Assembly: GCA_963719495.1 (NCBI GenBank)
Contig: CAVRCI010000004.1
Location: forward strand, 288,001-352,000
Length of the DNA stretch: 64,000 nucleotides
Source of the DNA: an uncultured Verrucomicrobiae bacterium
Lineage (GTDB): Bacteria > Verrucomicrobiota > Verrucomicrobiia > Chthoniobacterales > JAATET01
Direction: 5' to 3'
This document shows positions 61,760-64,000 of the stretch, one piece after another. Within the stretch, counting starts at the first letter, position 1. Each line of letters opens with the position of its first letter. A model generated the notes under the pieces. The model did no database searches, had not been told where the DNA came from, and saw only the letters and a list, made by a program, of their open reading frames with translations. Position numbers and translations under genes: made by a program.

Positions 61760-62557
61760 TCACGCGCCGGGATTGAGTTCGGCGATGATACGGAGGCCTT
61801 GGAGGGTGAGGTTGGGGTCGATGGTGTCGAAGATTCCGAGGGATCCGCCGATGAGTTTGGCGTCGCCGCCGGTTGCGATGATGCGGGGCCGTCGGCGGGG
61901 AAAGGTTTCCCGGCGGATCTGGGTGAGGATCTCGGTGATGAGTCCGCGGTATCCGTGGACGGCTCCGGCGAGCATGGCGGCTCGGGTGGATTTACCGACG
62001 GCGGTGAGAGGTTCGGTGAGGGTGATGGCGGGGAGGAGGGCGGTGCGGTCGTGGAGGTAATGGGTCATGGCCTCGAGGCCGGGGGCGATGACGCCGCCGA
62101 TGTAGGCGGGGCCGGTGGCGAGGATGTCGAAGGTGACGGCGGTGCCGAAGTCGACGACGATGGCGGGGGTGCCGTGAAGGGCGGCGCAGGCGGCGGAGTT
62201 GGCGAGGCGGTCGGCTCCGATGCTGGGTGGGTCCGGGTAGTCGAGGGCGACTCCGAGCCGGGTGCTGGCGGTGACTTCGACGAGGGGGGTGCCGCGGAGG
62301 ACGCGGCGGATGACGGTCGCTTTGGCGGGGACGACCGACGCGAGGATGGCGCGATCGTAGCGGAGGGGAGCGAGGGCCTCGGCGAGGGTGCGGGCGGTCA
62401 GCGTCGGCGTCGGGATCCGGTGGACGCGACCGATGCGAGTGCCGGTGGAGACCGCGAATTTCGTGAACGAGTTACTGTTGTCGAGGAGGAGGGTGGGGAG
62501 GGCAGAGCCGTGATTTGTGACTGGTGAGTGGTGATTGGTGGTGGGGTGGCGGGCCAC
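61760..62557 (-). CDS. coaX: Type III pantothenate kinase
   Basis: LDNSNSFTK, ASVVP, IGADR, VDFGTAVTFD, GGVIAPG, ATGG; start uncertain. Confidence 0.92.
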   Translation of the reverse strand: MARHPTTNHHSPVTNHGSALPTLLLDNSNSFTKFAVSTGTRIGRVHRIPTPTLTARTLAEALAPLRYDRAILASVVPAKATVIRRVLRGTPLVEVTASTRLGVALDYPDPPSIGADRLANSAACAALHGTPAIVVDFGTAVTFDILATGPAYIGGVIAPGLEAMTHYLHDRTALLPAITLTEPLTAVGKSTRAAMLAGAVHGYRGLITEILTQIRRETFPRRRPRIIATGGDAKLIGGSLGIFDTIDPNLTLQGLRIIAELNPGA

Positions 62558-62562
62558 TTTTT

Positions 62563-63702
62563 TTATGCGAGCGGTTTGCGGCCGGCGGGCTTGGCTTTTT
62601 CCTCGGACTCGGAGGCTCCGGAGCTGTTGGCGAGGTCGGCTTCCTCGGGTGGCAGGAAATTCCGGAAGCGGCCTTTGTCGATCGCCTTCATGTAGGCCTC
62701 GTGAGGGGAGACGTCGCCCTTGCGGAGTTGTTCCCAGATGGCGTCGTCCATGAATTGCATGCCTTCGCCGCGTCCGCCAATGATGACGTCCTGCAGCTTT
62801 TGCGTGGCCCCTTCACGAATGATCGCGGCTGCGGCCGAGTTAACGACGAGGATTTCGTTGACCGCGACGCGGCCGGTGCCGTCCTGTTTTTTCATGAGCA
62901 GCTGGGCGATGACGCCGCGGAGGGAGGACGCGAGCATGGTGCGGACTTGGGCCTGCTGATCGGAGGGGAAGACGTCGATCATGCGGTCGACGGTCTTTTG
63001 GGCGTTGTTCGTGTGGAGAGTTCCGAAAACGAGCATGCCGGTCTCGGCGGCGGTGAGGGCGAGGGAGATGGTCTCGAGATCACGCATCTCGCCGACGAGG
63101 ACGATGTCGGCGTCTTCGCGGAGAGCGGCTTTGAGGCCGCTTGGGAATGAGCTGGAGTTCTCCGGCACCTCGCGCTGGGTGATGATGGATTGTTTGTTTT
63201 TGTGAACGAATTCGATGGGTTCTTCGATCGTCACCACGTGGCGTGAGGAGGTGGAGTTGATGTGATCGATGAGGGCGGCCAGGGTGGTGGATTTTCCGGA
63301 ACCGGTGGGGCCCGTGACGAGGACGAGGCCACCGCGGAGGTCGGCGAATTTTTTGATCACTTCCGGGACCTTGAGTTCGTCGAGTGTGGCGATCTTGGTG
63401 GGAATGAGGCGAAAGACGGCACCGTAACCGTTCGACTGCTTGAGGTAGTTGCAACGGAAGCGCGAGTCGGCGTCCATTTCGTAGGCGAAATCGAGGTCGC
63501 CGGATTTTTCGAAATCCTCCCAGCGCTCCGGCGAACAAATTTCGCTCAACATGTAGGTTGCTTCTTCGCGGGTGATGACTTCGTCGCGGATCGGGAGGAT
63601 CTCGCCGTGGCGACGGACCTTCGGCGGCTCACCTTCCGCGAGGTGAAGGTCGGAGGCACCGGATTCGATGAGGACTTTGAAGAATTGGTCGATGTAGGCC
63701 AT
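62563..63702 (-). CDS. pilT: PilT/PilU type IV pilus retraction ATPase
   Basis: ASDLHL, TGPTGSGKSTT, TIEEPIE, ALRED.D..LVGEMRD, GTLHT. Confidence 0.93.
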   Translation of the reverse strand: MAYIDQFFKVLIESGASDLHLAEGEPPKVRRHGEILPIRDEVITREEATYMLSEICSPERWEDFEKSGDLDFAYEMDADSRFRCNYLKQSNGYGAVFRLIPTKIATLDELKVPEVIKKFADLRGGLVLVTGPTGSGKSTTLAALIDHINSTSSRHVVTIEEPIEFVHKNKQSIITQREVPENSSSFPSGLKAALREDADIVLVGEMRDLETISLALTAAETGMLVFGTLHTNNAQKTVDRMIDVFPSDQQAQVRTMLASSLRGVIAQLLMKKQDGTGRVAVNEILVVNSAAAAIIREGATQKLQDVIIGGRGEGMQFMDDAIWEQLRKGDVSPHEAYMKAIDKGRFRNFLPPEEADLANSSGASESEEKAKPAGRKPLA

Positions 63703-63754
63703 TGGATTTGAGGGGGCGAAGGTCGGAAAGTCTGAAGGTCGGAATGTCGGAGGA

Positions 63755-64000
63755 TTACTCCAGTCCGGTGGCTTTTCGCATGGACTGTTTTTGGTCGGAG
63801 CGAGAGACGGCTTCCTGGGCGGTGATGAGATCCTTTTCGAAGAGTTCGAAGAGGGAATCGTCCATGAGTTTCATGCCGAGGCGTTTTCCGGTTTGGATGA
63901 TGCCGGGGAGCATGAAGGTCTTGGCTTCCCGGATGGTGTTCGCGACGGCGGGAGAGTTCATGAGGACCTCGAGCGCGAGGACGCGGCCGGTGCCGTCGGC
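63755..64000 (-). CDS. pilT: Second PilT-family ATPase (5'-partial)
   Basis: GRVLALEVLMNSPAVANTIRE...IQTG...GM..MD.SL. Confidence 0.85.
   Translation of the reverse strand, partial: ADGTGRVLALEVLMNSPAVANTIREAKTFMLPGIIQTGKRLGMKLMDDSLFELFEKDLITAQEAVSRSDQKQSMRKATGLE

Noticed and set aside
971..63711. Numerous long antisense and alternate-frame ORFs (e.g. 1854-3116, 34532-35929, 59957-60889)
   Set aside because: Low-complexity shadows of recognisable genes, expected with high GC and strong skew
1..64000. Prophage, integrase, tRNA or rRNA genes
   Set aside because: No recognisable motifs seen

Overview
GC-rich bacterial chromosome segment, most likely Verrucomicrobiota (Chthoniobacterales-like; inferred from the PEP-CTERM proteins, autotransporter-repeat proteins and protein style). 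Core genes are accA', a Ski2-like helicase, dxr, cdsA, an M16 peptidase, imelysin plus a di-heme oxidoreductase, nagZ, nadD, rsfS, cinA, recD2, dnaB, rplI, coaX and two pilT-family genes. Two accessory zones interrupt them. Zone 1 (about 3.2-28.1 kb) lies inside a dismembered resB-ccsA cytochrome c biogenesis operon. It holds secreted-protein genes (PEP-CTERM proteins and three proteins with a shared, very basic Ig-like C-terminal domain ending LR[IV][LI]RR), two toxin-antitoxin-like pairs, two 267-bp MITEs, an ISAs1 inserted in a prepilin gene, and an IS110 whose downstream non-coding region carries segments matching its own target and donor ends (candidate bridge RNA). Zone 2 (40.1-52.6 kb) lies between the convergent di-heme oxidoreductase and nagZ genes. 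There, cargo cassettes alternate with diverged duplicates of the 3' ends of both flanking genes and with a 96-bp palindromic element that sits exactly at gene-truncation junctions. No tRNA, rRNA, CRISPR array, integrase or prophage was seen. Family calls come from motif recognition by eye, not from database searches.
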